Assembly: GCA_964416155.1 (NCBI GenBank) | Contig: CAYQCW010000010.1 | Coordinates: 1 to 64,000 of the forward strand | Origin: an uncultured Nitrososphaerota archaeon | GTDB lineage: Archaea; Thermoproteota; EX4484-205; JAAOZP01 | Direction: 5' to 3' | Length of the DNA stretch: 64,000 nt | Shown: positions 18,939-28,899 of the stretch, piece after piece | Position numbering within the stretch: position 1 is the stretch's first letter | Layout: each line of letters opens with the position of its first letter | The notes under the pieces: model-generated | The model's input: only the letters and a program-made list of their open reading frames with translations | Database searches by the model: none | Told to the model about the DNA's origin: nothing | Made by a program: the position numbers and the translations under genes

Positions 18939-19685
18939 ATGGTTAAGCCAGACTTGGAGGAGGCGGCGGAACAGCTTAGGAAGGCTGTTAGCATTAAAGA
19001 GTTCATCACGCTAGTCTGCCTGTGTGAGGCTGATTACGTTGGAAGAGCAAGATCGTTCCTGGAGAAAGGCGAGAGACTCCTGATCATCAAGGAGGACACT
19101 TCCTTCCTGATTCACAGGCCTTCCGGGCTTGAGCCCGTTAACTGGCAGCCTCCCCCGAATTACGTTAGGGTTACTGTCAACCGGGATCATATTGTCCTCA
19201 CGGTTAAGAGGGTGATGAAGCCTGAGAAAGTCATCGTGAGAATACACGGTGTAAAAAGCATTTTCTCAGGGAGGCTTGAGGATAAAGGGGCTTTCCAAAT
19301 GTACCTGAGTGAGAAGGAGATTTCTGAAATTATCCGCAGGCATCCTGAGCTCGTGGAGGAAGGGTTTAGAGTAACGTCTGCGGAGGCAAGGGAGAAAACC
19401 GGGGTGGTTGACATCGTCGGGGTTGACGCGAACAACCGTAGAACAATAGTAGAAATAAAGAAGGATAGGGCGGGGTTGGAGGCTGTTAGACAGTTGGCAA
19501 GGTATGCGGCAGGCATTGGTCCAAGCGTCAGGATTGTGCTCCTAGCTCCGGGTGTGACGGAAGAAGCCGAGAAAACGATTAGGAGAAAAAGAATGGAGTT
19601 TAGGAGGATCAGCATGCTCGATTTGACGAAGATCCTTACGTGCGAGAGAAGCGTGGAGAATAGCGGTATTAAAAAATATCTCTAG
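18939..19685 (+). CDS. nucS: endonuclease NucS/EndoMS
   Basis: Y.GRA.S.L..GERLLIIK.D...LIH....PVNWQPP; C-terminal G.VDI.G.D...IVEIKK..AG..AV.QL.RY. Confidence 0.93.
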   Translation: MVKPDLEEAAEQLRKAVSIKEFITLVCLCEADYVGRARSFLEKGERLLIIKEDTSFLIHRPSGLEPVNWQPPPNYVRVTVNRDHIVLTVKRVMKPEKVIVRIHGVKSIFSGRLEDKGAFQMYLSEKEISEIIRRHPELVEEGFRVTSAEAREKTGVVDIVGVDANNRRTIVEIKKDRAGLEAVRQLARYAAGIGPSVRIVLLAPGVTEEAEKTIRRKRMEFRRISMLDLTKILTCERSVENSGIKKYL

Positions 19686-19696
19686 GCATTATTGTT

Positions 19697-20857
19697 TTAA
19701 CCAGACTTGTACAGCCATTCTTCAAACTTTTCAAAATACCTCGTTTTCTCGTCATGCTTCATCTTCAGCTCGCTTATCAGTCTAACCGGGGCAGGGTCAA
19801 CCCCCCGCAGTATGGCAAGGTAGTAGCTCACCCAGTCCCCAAGGATTATGGCGGAAAGCATTTCCTCAAGCATTGTTTCGCCCAACGGTTTAACCATGCT
19901 TAACCCTACACCCTCTTTTTCAATCGTCGAAACAAGCTGGTTGATGCTTTCAGCAAGATACGGGTTTTTGAAACGGCTGTCGATGAAAACAACGTGGAGA
20001 AGCTCTTTGAAATCAATCTTCTCCCATGCTTCAACCTCGTTATGGTTTGCTTCCGGAAGCTGGTCGCACATAGCCCTCATCTTAGCGTTCTCGTTAATCT
20101 GATCCTTATATCGCAGGGCTACAGACTTCAAGTGGCCCATGGAGTATATGATGGGGAGTTTCTCATGCAGCCTGGCAGCCAGCTGCTTAGCAGGGTTCCG
20201 GCTTAACGGGTTTTCCGGAGTAAGACCATGATTATACTCTTCAACCAGCCTGTGTGCTTCAGCCAGTTCACCCTCGCCAACCACTGGGAAACCTATTTCC
20301 TCAGCAATCTTCAACAACGGTATGAATAACAGTGGTAGTGCCGACCTAGGCGTATACCCTGATGGAACCCCGAGGAACGGTATTTTAAGCTTGGAGCAAG
20401 CCTTCTCCAGTAGACCGTTGGAGGCGACGGCGACCATGCGTGAGCCCCTCTCGTAAGCCTGTTTGAAAGCCTCCAAGGTTTCCTCAGTGTTTCCGGAATA
20501 GCTCACCGCCACCACCAGGCTGTTCCCATCAACATGATTAGGCAGGTCGTAGTCTCTGATTACGGAGACGCGCAGCGGGGTAATGCTTTGAGAAAGATCC
20601 TTGAAAAGGTCTCCGCCTATGGCTGAACCACCCATTCCGCAAACAATAATCTCCTTGACATTCCTGTAGTCCCTTGGGAGAGCCAGACCCCTGGATAGTG
20701 TTACTGCTTCCTTCAACAGTGACGGGAACGAGGATATCATCCGCCCCATGTTTTCCTTGTCTATCATTCTGATTGCTTCAACATTGTCAAGCGTCGAAAT
20801 GCTGTTTGAACGCGTTTCAGATTTCAACCAGTTATCCTCCGCCGTTTGAATAAGCAT
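19697..20857 (-). CDS. bifunctional phosphoglucose/phosphomannose isomerase
   Basis: GMGGSAIGG, SYSGNTEETL, QINENAK, PEANHNE, VDPAPV..I..LK. Confidence 0.92.
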   Translation of the reverse strand: MLIQTAEDNWLKSETRSNSISTLDNVEAIRMIDKENMGRMISSFPSLLKEAVTLSRGLALPRDYRNVKEIIVCGMGGSAIGGDLFKDLSQSITPLRVSVIRDYDLPNHVDGNSLVVAVSYSGNTEETLEAFKQAYERGSRMVAVASNGLLEKACSKLKIPFLGVPSGYTPRSALPLLFIPLLKIAEEIGFPVVGEGELAEAHRLVEEYNHGLTPENPLSRNPAKQLAARLHEKLPIIYSMGHLKSVALRYKDQINENAKMRAMCDQLPEANHNEVEAWEKIDFKELLHVVFIDSRFKNPYLAESINQLVSTIEKEGVGLSMVKPLGETMLEEMLSAIILGDWVSYYLAILRGVDPAPVRLISELKMKHDEKTRYFEKFEEWLYKSG

Positions 20858-20939
20858 CTCCCTTTAGGAAGTTTTTTAAAGGTTTCCTAGGCGGCTTAAG
20901 CGTTAATAAGGGCTTCACGTAGGGTTAAGGAGGCCTGGA

Positions 20940-21680
20940 ATGAAGCTGGACGTTAAGCTGCTGCTTTCAATAACCGTGGTTATAGCGATCATTATAGTTA
21001 ACATTATTCCAAGGGTTTTCTCCGAGTATTTCAACCAGCTTCAGGAGGCAATGTTGAAAGGAGGGCTTCCCGGCTTCTACCTGCTCATGATTATCCAATC
21101 GATCATAGCGGTTATACCTGCTGAAGTGGTGCTGATTATGAGCGGCTCAGCCTTCGGCTTTGAAGCCTCCTCGGCGGTTGGAACACTCGGACTGATGAGC
21201 GGCGCCCTGATAAATTACGTGATAGGCTTAAAGTTTGGGAGACCCCTGGTGGAGAAGCTAGTTGGCGGGGAACAGTTGGAAAAAGTTGAGAGGCTTTTCG
21301 TCAAACACGGTTATAAAATAATTTTTGCAGCCAGACTCTTACCTTGGATTTCCTTCGACGCCGTGTCCTACTTCGCAGGGGCGACTGGAATAGCCTTAGC
21401 ATCGTTCACCGCCGCAACCCTACTTGGGACTGTTCCAAGGGCCCTGTTCTACAGCTATATGGGTGAGAAGGTTGGAGCAAGCATCAGTGAGGGAGACGTC
21501 ACCATGCTGAACTACCTGCTTCTAGCAACCTTTCTAGCAATAGTTTTCCTCATAGTGGTGTCTCGCAGGGAGAAGACTAGTCGAACGCCTGTTGAAGAAG
21601 CCGGAGGGGCATCCCTATCAACGCGATTTCTCTCCGAGACGGATTATAGTCCAGCAGCCCCTCAAAGTGCAGCCTCTTAA
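20940..21680 (+). CDS. TVP38/TMEM64 (DedA/VTT) family membrane protein
   Basis: IPAEVV...G..FG, ARLLPWISFDAVSYFAG, F..ATLLG..P. Confidence 0.88.
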   Translation: MKLDVKLLLSITVVIAIIIVNIIPRVFSEYFNQLQEAMLKGGLPGFYLLMIIQSIIAVIPAEVVLIMSGSAFGFEASSAVGTLGLMSGALINYVIGLKFGRPLVEKLVGGEQLEKVERLFVKHGYKIIFAARLLPWISFDAVSYFAGATGIALASFTAATLLGTVPRALFYSYMGEKVGASISEGDVTMLNYLLLATFLAIVFLIVVSRREKTSRTPVEEAGGASLSTRFLSETDYSPAAPQSAAS

Positions 21681-22695
21681 GCTTCTCAACCACGCTGCTA
21701 TCCCTTGTTTTGACGCCGTGCTCCTCAAGCGTCTTGAAGCCCACGAAAGGCTCGTCGCAAGACTCGAAAACACGAATAAGCATCTCTACAAGCCTGCGCA
21801 TTTCAGGATCCTGAGAGAAAACTGTTTTCAAGTCCGCCGGAGAAATTACGCTTTCAATCCTATACTGGGCCTCCCTCACATGCTCGGAGGAAACTCTGGC
21901 AGAGCCCTCGTAGCTCGCGTTAAGCCCGCTTGCAAGTAGGAGCTCGATGCTATACCTGGCTGAACCATATCCGAACCTTTCAGTCAGCCTACCCATCAAG
22001 TATACCAAGGAATCGTCAACAGCATTCTCGTTAAAAGAGAGCTCCACCCTATCTTTCAGTATAACCGATATTTCTTCAGCACTGTATGGTTTGAAGCTTC
22101 TGCCTATCCTCCAGAAGAAGGAGGTTGCCCAAGAGTCTTTAACCTTGCTGGAAACATCCTCTATCCCGATTAGTATTAGGATTACCTTAACCCTTTCCTC
22201 ATACTCCTCTGAAATCTTTAAAAGATCTGTGAAAAACCTGCTTCTAACCCCGCTCAGGAAGCTGTCGAAATCATCCAAGACGAGCAGGAAGCTCCTGCCT
22301 GATTTTTCAAGATAGTCGAAGACTGTGAACAGGAGCTCCCTGCCGCTGTATCCTCTGCCAGGTATGTTGGGCATTAGGCTCAGCGTAATCATCTGCGCGA
22401 GAGTGAAGTCGGAGGAAGCAAACCTGGTGTTTAAATGCCTGTATTCAAGCTTAATATTCCTCTGGCTACAGTATTTTAAAACCTGTTCAGAAGCCTTCTT
22501 TACAGTAACGGTCTTACCGGAGCCGCTTGGACCGTTTAAAACAATAGCTTTCAAGGGAAGCCTGCCCTCGAGGAAGCCTATTACGGTGTTGAATATCTCA
22601 AGCTGGTGTTCCTCCCTACTGGGAAGCCTTTCAGGAATATAGCTTGCACTAAGCCTGTGAAGACCATCCTTCTTGAATATAGTTTTTCCCAACAT
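21577..22695 (-). CDS. cdc6: Orc1/Cdc6 family replication initiator
   Basis: YIPERLPSRE, Walker A GPSGSGKT, Walker B LVLDDFD, FKPYS.EEI..IL.DR, G.AR..IELL. Confidence 0.88.
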   Translation of the reverse strand: MLGKTIFKKDGLHRLSASYIPERLPSREEHQLEIFNTVIGFLEGRLPLKAIVLNGPSGSGKTVTVKKASEQVLKYCSQRNIKLEYRHLNTRFASSDFTLAQMITLSLMPNIPGRGYSGRELLFTVFDYLEKSGRSFLLVLDDFDSFLSGVRSRFFTDLLKISEEYEERVKVILILIGIEDVSSKVKDSWATSFFWRIGRSFKPYSAEEISVILKDRVELSFNENAVDDSLVYLMGRLTERFGYGSARYSIELLLASGLNASYEGSARVSSEHVREAQYRIESVISPADLKTVFSQDPEMRRLVEMLIRVFESCDEPFVGFKTLEEHGVKTRDSSVVEKLKRLHFEGLLDYNPSRREIALIGMPLRLLQQAFD

Positions 22696-23472
22696 ATATC
22701 ACCTAAAATAACTCTTTTACATCCATTTCTCTACGTTTTTCATATTCTTCCCTGCTCAAGCCTAAGCCTCCTAGACATGAATCTCTTTAAAACTGTTTTT
22801 TAACTTTCTCATCGTCCCTCGCAACCCTCAGCCTCATATCGCCGCTAACTAAAAATGTTTACCCTCAACCCCAGCTCCCTAACACGTGATGCGGGCTATT
22901 TTTCAAGGAAGGCTTAACATCGTCCTTCGCATAGTACATATATTTCTTTACTCCCAGTAAGGAAGAAATGTATTTTCCAACTTTCAAATCGTCATTACAC
23001 GTAGCGTGCGCTCGTCCACCAATGCCGAATTGTTTTAAAATATTTTCAATCTCAACATCGAGCTCGCTGTCCCTCGACCCGAATAATCGAAACCACAATC
23101 CCGTCAAACATAACGCCATCTCGACAAGTCGCATCGTCCCAAACTGCTCGAAGACGCCTCTTTGCGCCACGAGTCCAGAAGAGCCGAATGCACGTTAAAA
23201 GAAGAAACATCCCGTTTCGAAGAAAAAACCCAGCATCGGAATAGACGACACTATCTTAATGCCTAGGAGACGGAATAATAGTTTAAGCCCCTCTGTTAAA
23301 GACGCCTCTACGACCCTAACGTTGGAAGAATATGATGAATGAGTATCGAGTTGAAGGAAGAATACGCCTCCTAAGCCTGCTTCGACAGCCGCTTTATATT
23401 ATCCTTTAGCAATATTTAAATGTTATTTCAGGCTCTAAACGTGGTTTAAACTATTCTTGAAAATAAGGCTCT

Positions 23473-24645
23473 TCATCTTCCGCTGAACAGTAGACGCTTG
23501 GATTCCTCCAGAACCGCGTCTCCCATTTCACTCGTCTTAGAGTCTCCACCCATATCCAGCGTCCTGCACCGCCCGCTTGCTAAAACGTTTTCCACAGCAG
23601 TCTCAATTATGTTGGAGGCCTCGAGCAGACGCTTATCCCCGCTTCTACTCCACAAGTGTTCAAGCATTAGGGAGAAGGAGAGTATTGCCGCAACAGGGTT
23701 GGCGATGTTCATGCCAGCCTTGTCTGGAGCACTTCCGTGAACAGGCTCAAACATCGAGACACTCTCAGGATTAATGTTTCCACTTGGCGCGAAACCCAGC
23801 CCACCCTGAATAGCCGCACCCAGGTCTGTTAAAATGTCTCCGAACATGTTTGGGGCAACAATCATCTTGAAGCGCCCAGGGTTTAAAACCATGTGGAGCG
23901 CCGCAGCGTCAACATACATGAATTCTCTCCTAACCCTGTCACCATACTCTACACCTAGTTTGTCAACAATCTCCCTCCACAGGCCGTATGCTTCGGTAAG
24001 CACGTTAGCCTTATCCACGAAGGTTATTCGATCCAAGCCTTTTCTAACAGCGTATTCGAAACCATATCTTACTATTCTTTCCGCGCCCTTAACCGATATC
24101 ACTCCTATTTGAAAAGCCTCCCCATGCATACTGTCAACCTCAACCCTGTACCTGCTCCCCTTAGCCCCACCTGTTTCAACAGTATACTCGAAGACGCTTG
24201 AGCATCCTTCACATATTCTTCCACCCATGTCGACGTAGAAATCCTCAGTGTTTTCACGTATGACTACGAAGTCAACACTACTATTCTCAGGTATTTTCAA
24301 AGGTGTTGAAACACCTTTAAGGAGCCGGACCGGCCGGAGGTTCACGTAAAGGTCCAGCGAGGAGCGCATCCTTAGGAGAATGCTTTTTTCAAGGACGCCC
24401 GGCTTAACCCTCGGGTCTCCAACAGCCCCGAAGAAAATCGCGTCGAAACCCTTCAGCCTCTTTAAAGTATGGTCTGACAATGTTTCACCGGTTTTAAGGT
24501 AATGGTTGGCACCATTGGGAAACTCTTCGAAAACCATTGGGATGCCCATTGCTTCAACCAGGCCTCCTCCCACTTTAACAGCCTCCCCCACCACCTCGGG
24601 CCCAATACCATCGCCAGGCATTAAAGCAACCCTGTACGGCGACAA
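23473..24645 (-). CDS. isocitrate/3-isopropylmalate dehydrogenase family enzyme (LeuB-like)
   Basis: PGDGIGPEV, GAVGDP, NLRP, RENTE, DKANV, NMFGDILTD, FEPVHGSAPD, ANP.A.ILS. Confidence 0.9.
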   Translation of the reverse strand: MSPYRVALMPGDGIGPEVVGEAVKVGGGLVEAMGIPMVFEEFPNGANHYLKTGETLSDHTLKRLKGFDAIFFGAVGDPRVKPGVLEKSILLRMRSSLDLYVNLRPVRLLKGVSTPLKIPENSSVDFVVIRENTEDFYVDMGGRICEGCSSVFEYTVETGGAKGSRYRVEVDSMHGEAFQIGVISVKGAERIVRYGFEYAVRKGLDRITFVDKANVLTEAYGLWREIVDKLGVEYGDRVRREFMYVDAAALHMVLNPGRFKMIVAPNMFGDILTDLGAAIQGGLGFAPSGNINPESVSMFEPVHGSAPDKAGMNIANPVAAILSFSLMLEHLWSRSGDKRLLEASNIIETAVENVLASGRCRTLDMGGDSKTSEMGDAVLEESKRLLFSGR

Positions 24646-24692
24646 AGCCGTGTTGATCTCTCGGGGTCCGAATATATGTTTTTCCGGATGAA

Positions 24693-25400
24693 CTATTCTT
24701 CAAGCCGTCTTTCAGCGCCTTCTTCCAAAACAACCTTGTAGTCCACTGTGCATACTTTGCAAACCCTGTTTTCAACAAGATTCCGCAATTCCCGGAGGGA
24801 CCCCACCCTGCAGTGAGCCTCAACCATAACATCCTGTTCGACAGTGTTCAGAATCCTCAGCTCCTTAAGACCCATGTTTCTCAAGCCGAAGCCTAACGAG
24901 ACAACAATCGTGTCGAAGCCGGATGTTTCGAAAATACTGATGATCTCTCTCAACTGTTTCTCCGAAACCATGTCCATCTCGACGACCGGTTTAACGTTTT
25001 TCAAGCCGACTAGCTGAGAAGCCTCCGCCATTCTAGAGAGCTCCGATTCAAACTCTACGAGCCTACTGTCCAGATAGTTTCCCAAATTGGGGTAGAAGTA
25101 TACTTCCTCAACACCATGTTCAGAGGCGAGCCTAATCTCCATCATCTTCAGCTCGACGGGTGCCAGACCAGTTGGGAAAGATATCATCGTAGATAACTTT
25201 AGACCAGTATTTTCAAGGAGGATAGCGGCCTCTCCAAGGTATACGGTGGGTATGCAGACACGCTTAACACCGTGTTTCAAAGCCCCTGTGCAAACCTCGT
25301 ATATGTCACTAGGCTTAACACCAGGCCTCACTCCGGAGGCGACTATTACCTCCTCAGGCTTGAAGACCCCGGCTCCCTTTCTTCCAGCGTCACGCTTCAT
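24693..25400 (-). CDS. DeoC/DERA-like TIM-barrel protein with degenerate active site
   Basis: VCIP, ISFPTG...LK..E...A...G..E, KPVVE, SLGFG; the catalytic K-T-S-T-G motif reads VVSLG. Confidence 0.65.
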   Translation of the reverse strand: MKRDAGRKGAGVFKPEEVIVASGVRPGVKPSDIYEVCTGALKHGVKRVCIPTVYLGEAAILLENTGLKLSTMISFPTGLAPVELKMMEIRLASEHGVEEVYFYPNLGNYLDSRLVEFESELSRMAEASQLVGLKNVKPVVEMDMVSEKQLREIISIFETSGFDTIVVSLGFGLRNMGLKELRILNTVEQDVMVEAHCRVGSLRELRNLVENRVCKVCTVDYKVVLEEGAERRLEE

Positions 25401-25444
25401 CCCTGATGCTTAGGAAGAGATAAAGATAAAAACTTCCAGGATGG

Positions 25445-26737
25445 TTGAAAATCCTGGAATTGGAGTATTTGAAACATGTTTCAGAAAGGCTTGGGCTTGA
25501 GGAGGACCCTGCGCTGGGCCTCCCGTTGCACAGGAAGACGAGCCTTCCGGTAACCCTCTGGTATAACCATGAGAAGGACAGGCTCATCCTCCTAGACCAG
25601 AATAAACTTCCCTTTGAAGTCGCTACACGGGAAATAGGCGACTGGAAGGATGGGGTTCAGGCTATAAAAAACATGGCTGTGAGAGGGTCTCAGGCTATAG
25701 GTGTTGCCGGTGCTTACACCCTGCTCGTAGGCTTCTCCCAGGCTAAGCATGGCTCAGACCCACTTGGACAGTTGAGCCAGATGGCTCAGGTAATAGCTTA
25801 CGCGAGGCCCACCGCAGCCCCGTTGGCCTGGGCCACACTGCTAGCCTACAACTATTGTAAGAGGGTTTACGATGAGACTGGAAGCATAGAGAAAACCATG
25901 AATGCGTTGCGCAAAATCTCAGACTTCATACTCGTCCAAGACATGGCTTTAAACTACTATATGCGCACTTACGGCTTGAGCATCGTCAGAAACGGCGACG
26001 TTATCATGACGCACTGCAACGGTGGAAGCCTCTCCTCCACACTGATGGGGCATGCTTTAGGCATAATAGAAGAAGCATACTCGAACGGCGTGGACGTTAA
26101 GGTTGTCTCGAAGGAGACGAGGCCGAGGAGCCAGGGATATAGGCTGACCGTGTGGGAGCTAACAAGGGTCGGGGTTCCTACAACAATAGTTACCGACAAT
26201 ATGGTTTCAATATCTTTTGAGAGGCTAGGGGTGAACAAGGCTATTCTCGGGGCTGACAGAGTCGCCAGAGACGGTTCGGTGGCAAACAAGGTTGGATCAG
26301 CCGACGTTGCTAGGCTTTTCAAGTATTTCAGGGCACCCTTCTACTACGCAACCTCCTACTCGACAATATCGCTTGACGTTAAAAGGGGCAGGGACATAGA
26401 GATTGAAGAGAGAGGCATAGAAGAGGTAACATACCCTTATAGTCTGATTGCAAAGGATATGAAGAGCAGGGGGCTGGTTTCCGAGAAGGCCTTGGAGGAG
26501 TGGCCCCCTTCAGAAAGCATCGTGACGCATGAGCCTGGAGGAAAACAGGTGAGGATTTTCAACCCTGCTTTCGACGTGACTCCGCCAAGGTTCATAACGG
26601 CCATTGTAACCGACATAGGAATACTGAGGCCGACAAGCATCAGGAGGCTCACCGGTAAGAAGATAATGAGCATGGTTAAGAAGAGGATTTCAGACTTTGG
26701 GCTGGAGTTTCCAGAGGGGCTTACTGGCCTGACTTAA
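25445..26737 (+). CDS. mtnA: methylthioribose-1-phosphate isomerase (eIF2B alpha-like family)
   Basis: LLDQNKLP, M.VRGSQAIG, ARPTA, MTHCNGG.L, ETRPRSQG.RLT.WEL, GADRV..DG.VANKVG, NPAFDVTP. Confidence 0.88.
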   Translation: MKILELEYLKHVSERLGLEEDPALGLPLHRKTSLPVTLWYNHEKDRLILLDQNKLPFEVATREIGDWKDGVQAIKNMAVRGSQAIGVAGAYTLLVGFSQAKHGSDPLGQLSQMAQVIAYARPTAAPLAWATLLAYNYCKRVYDETGSIEKTMNALRKISDFILVQDMALNYYMRTYGLSIVRNGDVIMTHCNGGSLSSTLMGHALGIIEEAYSNGVDVKVVSKETRPRSQGYRLTVWELTRVGVPTTIVTDNMVSISFERLGVNKAILGADRVARDGSVANKVGSADVARLFKYFRAPFYYATSYSTISLDVKRGRDIEIEERGIEEVTYPYSLIAKDMKSRGLVSEKALEEWPPSESIVTHEPGGKQVRIFNPAFDVTPPRFITAIVTDIGILRPTSIRRLTGKKIMSMVKKRISDFGLEFPEGLTGLT

Positions 26738-26831
26738 AACACGCGTTTAACCCCGAGTGGCCTAGGCTTCTTACCCGGGATACTTGTCTTTCAACAGGCA
26801 TGGAAATCTTAAAAACGCTCGGTGAATAGCA

Positions 26832-27155
26832 TTGGATAGAGGTCTTGAGGAGATGGGTGAGGAAGGCGAGAAGAAAGGTGCTACAGGGGTGGAAAAGCTG
26901 GTGCTAAAGGCGAAGACGATTCTTAAAGAGAAGAGGATCAGCCAGCTGGACAAATCCAGCTACGAGGTTAAGGGTGACCACGGGGTTTACATAGTTTCGA
27001 GAGACGCGTACGGCAACTATAACTGTAGCTGTCTAGGTTATTTGAAGAGGAGAATGTGTTCACACTCGCTTGCCGTCAGGATGTATGAGCAGAGCAAGGA
27101 GCAGAGGAAAATTTTGAAGAAGGGAGTTGTTAAGGGAGCCGGATACATCCCTTGA
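26832..27155 (+). CDS. stand-alone SWIM zinc-finger protein
   Basis: Y.V.G..G.Y.V...CSC.......CSH (CxC-x8-CxH). Confidence 0.75.
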   Translation: MDRGLEEMGEEGEKKGATGVEKLVLKAKTILKEKRISQLDKSSYEVKGDHGVYIVSRDAYGNYNCSCLGYLKRRMCSHSLAVRMYEQSKEQRKILKKGVVKGAGYIP

Positions 27156-27876
27156 AAGAATCAGCGCCAGCCACTATCCTAATGCTGTCAGGGGTTAGGG
27201 AATACTCAACGTCTTTTTCCAAGCCTAGTTTAACAAGCTCCGAAGCGTGAAGCGACCTCTTCACGACACCTATGTTGAGCTCAGCCATCTTCATAACCAT
27301 CTCAGCGTTTCTATCACACGCCTTCCAAGGAAGGTTTTTAGCGATCAAGCCGGCGCAATAAGAGTCTTCAAGCGCCGGGGAGCCGATTTTACCCGCCGTG
27401 ACGATCGCCACATTGTTGAAACCTTTTCCCGCGATATACTCCACCAGCGTGGAAAAGTTGACAACTGCTCCCACTAATACTTTTTTAGAAACCGCCGCCA
27501 GAAACCTTAGGAGCCTTGTTCCACTGGATGTGTAGAGCACAACCTTTTTCCCACCTACCTTGTCACGAACATATTCAAACGGAGAGTTTCCGAGGTGGAA
27601 CATAAGGGGCTTAACGCTGTTCACCTCCCCACCCACCACTGCTTGAAGCCTATTCCCGACGGTTAGGGCCTCGTCTACAGAGGCAACCGGGATAACGCTT
27701 TCAGCACCATTAGCCAATGCTGTCAGGATGGTTGTGGACGAGCGTAAAACATCTATAGCAATAACCGCATCCGAATAAAGCAGCGAGCAGTCGATTGTCC
27801 CCAGGAGCACCCTGATCCTCATCCTGTTTGCAAAAGGGTTCAGTCTGTTAAAGATAAATTTTATTACTTTAACCAA
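27130..27876 (-). CDS. comB: 2-phosphosulfolactate phosphatase family (ComB-like)
   Basis: IDVLRSSTTI..AL..GA, GGE, LGNSP.E, TSSGT, ALED..CAG, HA..L..LG..D. The start is probably near MRIRV. Confidence 0.82.
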   Translation of the reverse strand: MVKVIKFIFNRLNPFANRMRIRVLLGTIDCSLLYSDAVIAIDVLRSSTTILTALANGAESVIPVASVDEALTVGNRLQAVVGGEVNSVKPLMFHLGNSPFEYVRDKVGGKKVVLYTSSGTRLLRFLAAVSKKVLVGAVVNFSTLVEYIAGKGFNNVAIVTAGKIGSPALEDSYCAGLIAKNLPWKACDRNAEMVMKMAELNIGVVKRSLHASELVKLGLEKDVEYSLTPDSIRIVAGADSFKGCIRLP

Positions 27877-27903
27877 GAGCTCATTAGACCTGCATGCTTA
27901 TTA

Positions 27904-28899
27904 TTAGATATAGCCGTTCTCCCTGTACCATCCTATGGTCTCCCTTAAGCCTGTCTTAAGATCGTATTTCGGCTTAAACCCGAGTTCTCCCATCGCCTTC
28001 CTGATGCTGTACGCCCTGTTTGAAGCCAGATCGTTCACAGTGCTGGTTTTCCAGGTTAAATCGACTCTCCCCCTGAGCCTGTTGAACAATTCCACCGGGG
28101 TTACAAAAGTTTTTGCGAGCATCGGTGGAACATGTATTCTAGGAGGCGGCCTGTTGCAGAGTTCAGACAATATTTCGTAAACCTCCAGGTAGGTGTATGC
28201 CCTGTCCTCGCTTATGAAATACGTCTGGTTTCTAGATGTTTCAAGCTTATCCAAAGCCAAGAGAAAACCCTGAACCGCATCTTTCACATGCACGAATTGA
28301 ATAAGGTTCGCCCCATCTCCGACGATAATCCTTGTCGGAAGAGCGTTTCTAGCGAAAGCAGTGATGAACCAGTAGGAAATATCGTCGACATTCCTGGGAC
28401 CATATATTCCGGAGGGTCTGAGAATAGTGTATTCGACACCTTTCTCACCGTAACTCCTAACTATTTTTTCAGCTTCGAGTTTAGACCTTCCATACTCGTA
28501 AGAAGGGTTCGGCGGGGAATCCTCCTCCGCCGGCGGGTTCTTAACAGGGCCTATTGCTTCAGTAGAGCTGCAGTATATGAATCTTTTCACACCTTTTCTT
28601 AAAGCCGCTTCCAGAAGAAGCATGGTGCCCTCCACGTTAACCCTCCTGTATATTTCTTTCTTCCCGAAGAACGTGTAGTATGCGGCAAGATGTATGACGA
28701 TATTAATGTTCTCAGTAGCCCGGTTTAGGCTTTCAGGATCAGTCAGATCCCCAACCCTAAGCTCAACGCCTAGGCTTCTAAGGAAACCCGTTTCGCTGCT
28801 TTTCCTAACCATGCCGATTACACTATACCCTTTTGAAACCATTTCCTCGATTAAATGCCCACCGAGAAAGCCAGAGGCTCCGGTTACAAGTATTTTCAT
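27904..28899 (-). CDS. extended SDR / NAD-dependent epimerase-dehydratase (3-beta-HSD-like)
   Basis: TGASGFLG, HLAA, NV.GT, SS, YGRSK catalytic motif, RP..IYGP. Its ATG overlaps the luxC-like TGA. Confidence 0.9.
   Translation of the reverse strand: MKILVTGASGFLGGHLIEEMVSKGYSVIGMVRKSSETGFLRSLGVELRVGDLTDPESLNRATENINIVIHLAAYYTFFGKKEIYRRVNVEGTMLLLEAALRKGVKRFIYCSSTEAIGPVKNPPAEEDSPPNPSYEYGRSKLEAEKIVRSYGEKGVEYTILRPSGIYGPRNVDDISYWFITAFARNALPTRIIVGDGANLIQFVHVKDAVQGFLLALDKLETSRNQTYFISEDRAYTYLEVYEILSELCNRPPPRIHVPPMLAKTFVTPVELFNRLRGRVDLTWKTSTVNDLASNRAYSIRKAMGELGFKPKYDLKTGLRETIGWYRENGYI

Noticed and set aside
22865-23198. ORFs 22865-23170 (-) and 22968-23198 (+)
   Set aside because: No recognisable motifs or convincing start signals; treated as non-coding.
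23332-23375. ATGATGA as possible box C of a C/D sRNA
   Set aside because: No CTGA box D at the expected distance (only TTGA/CTAA).
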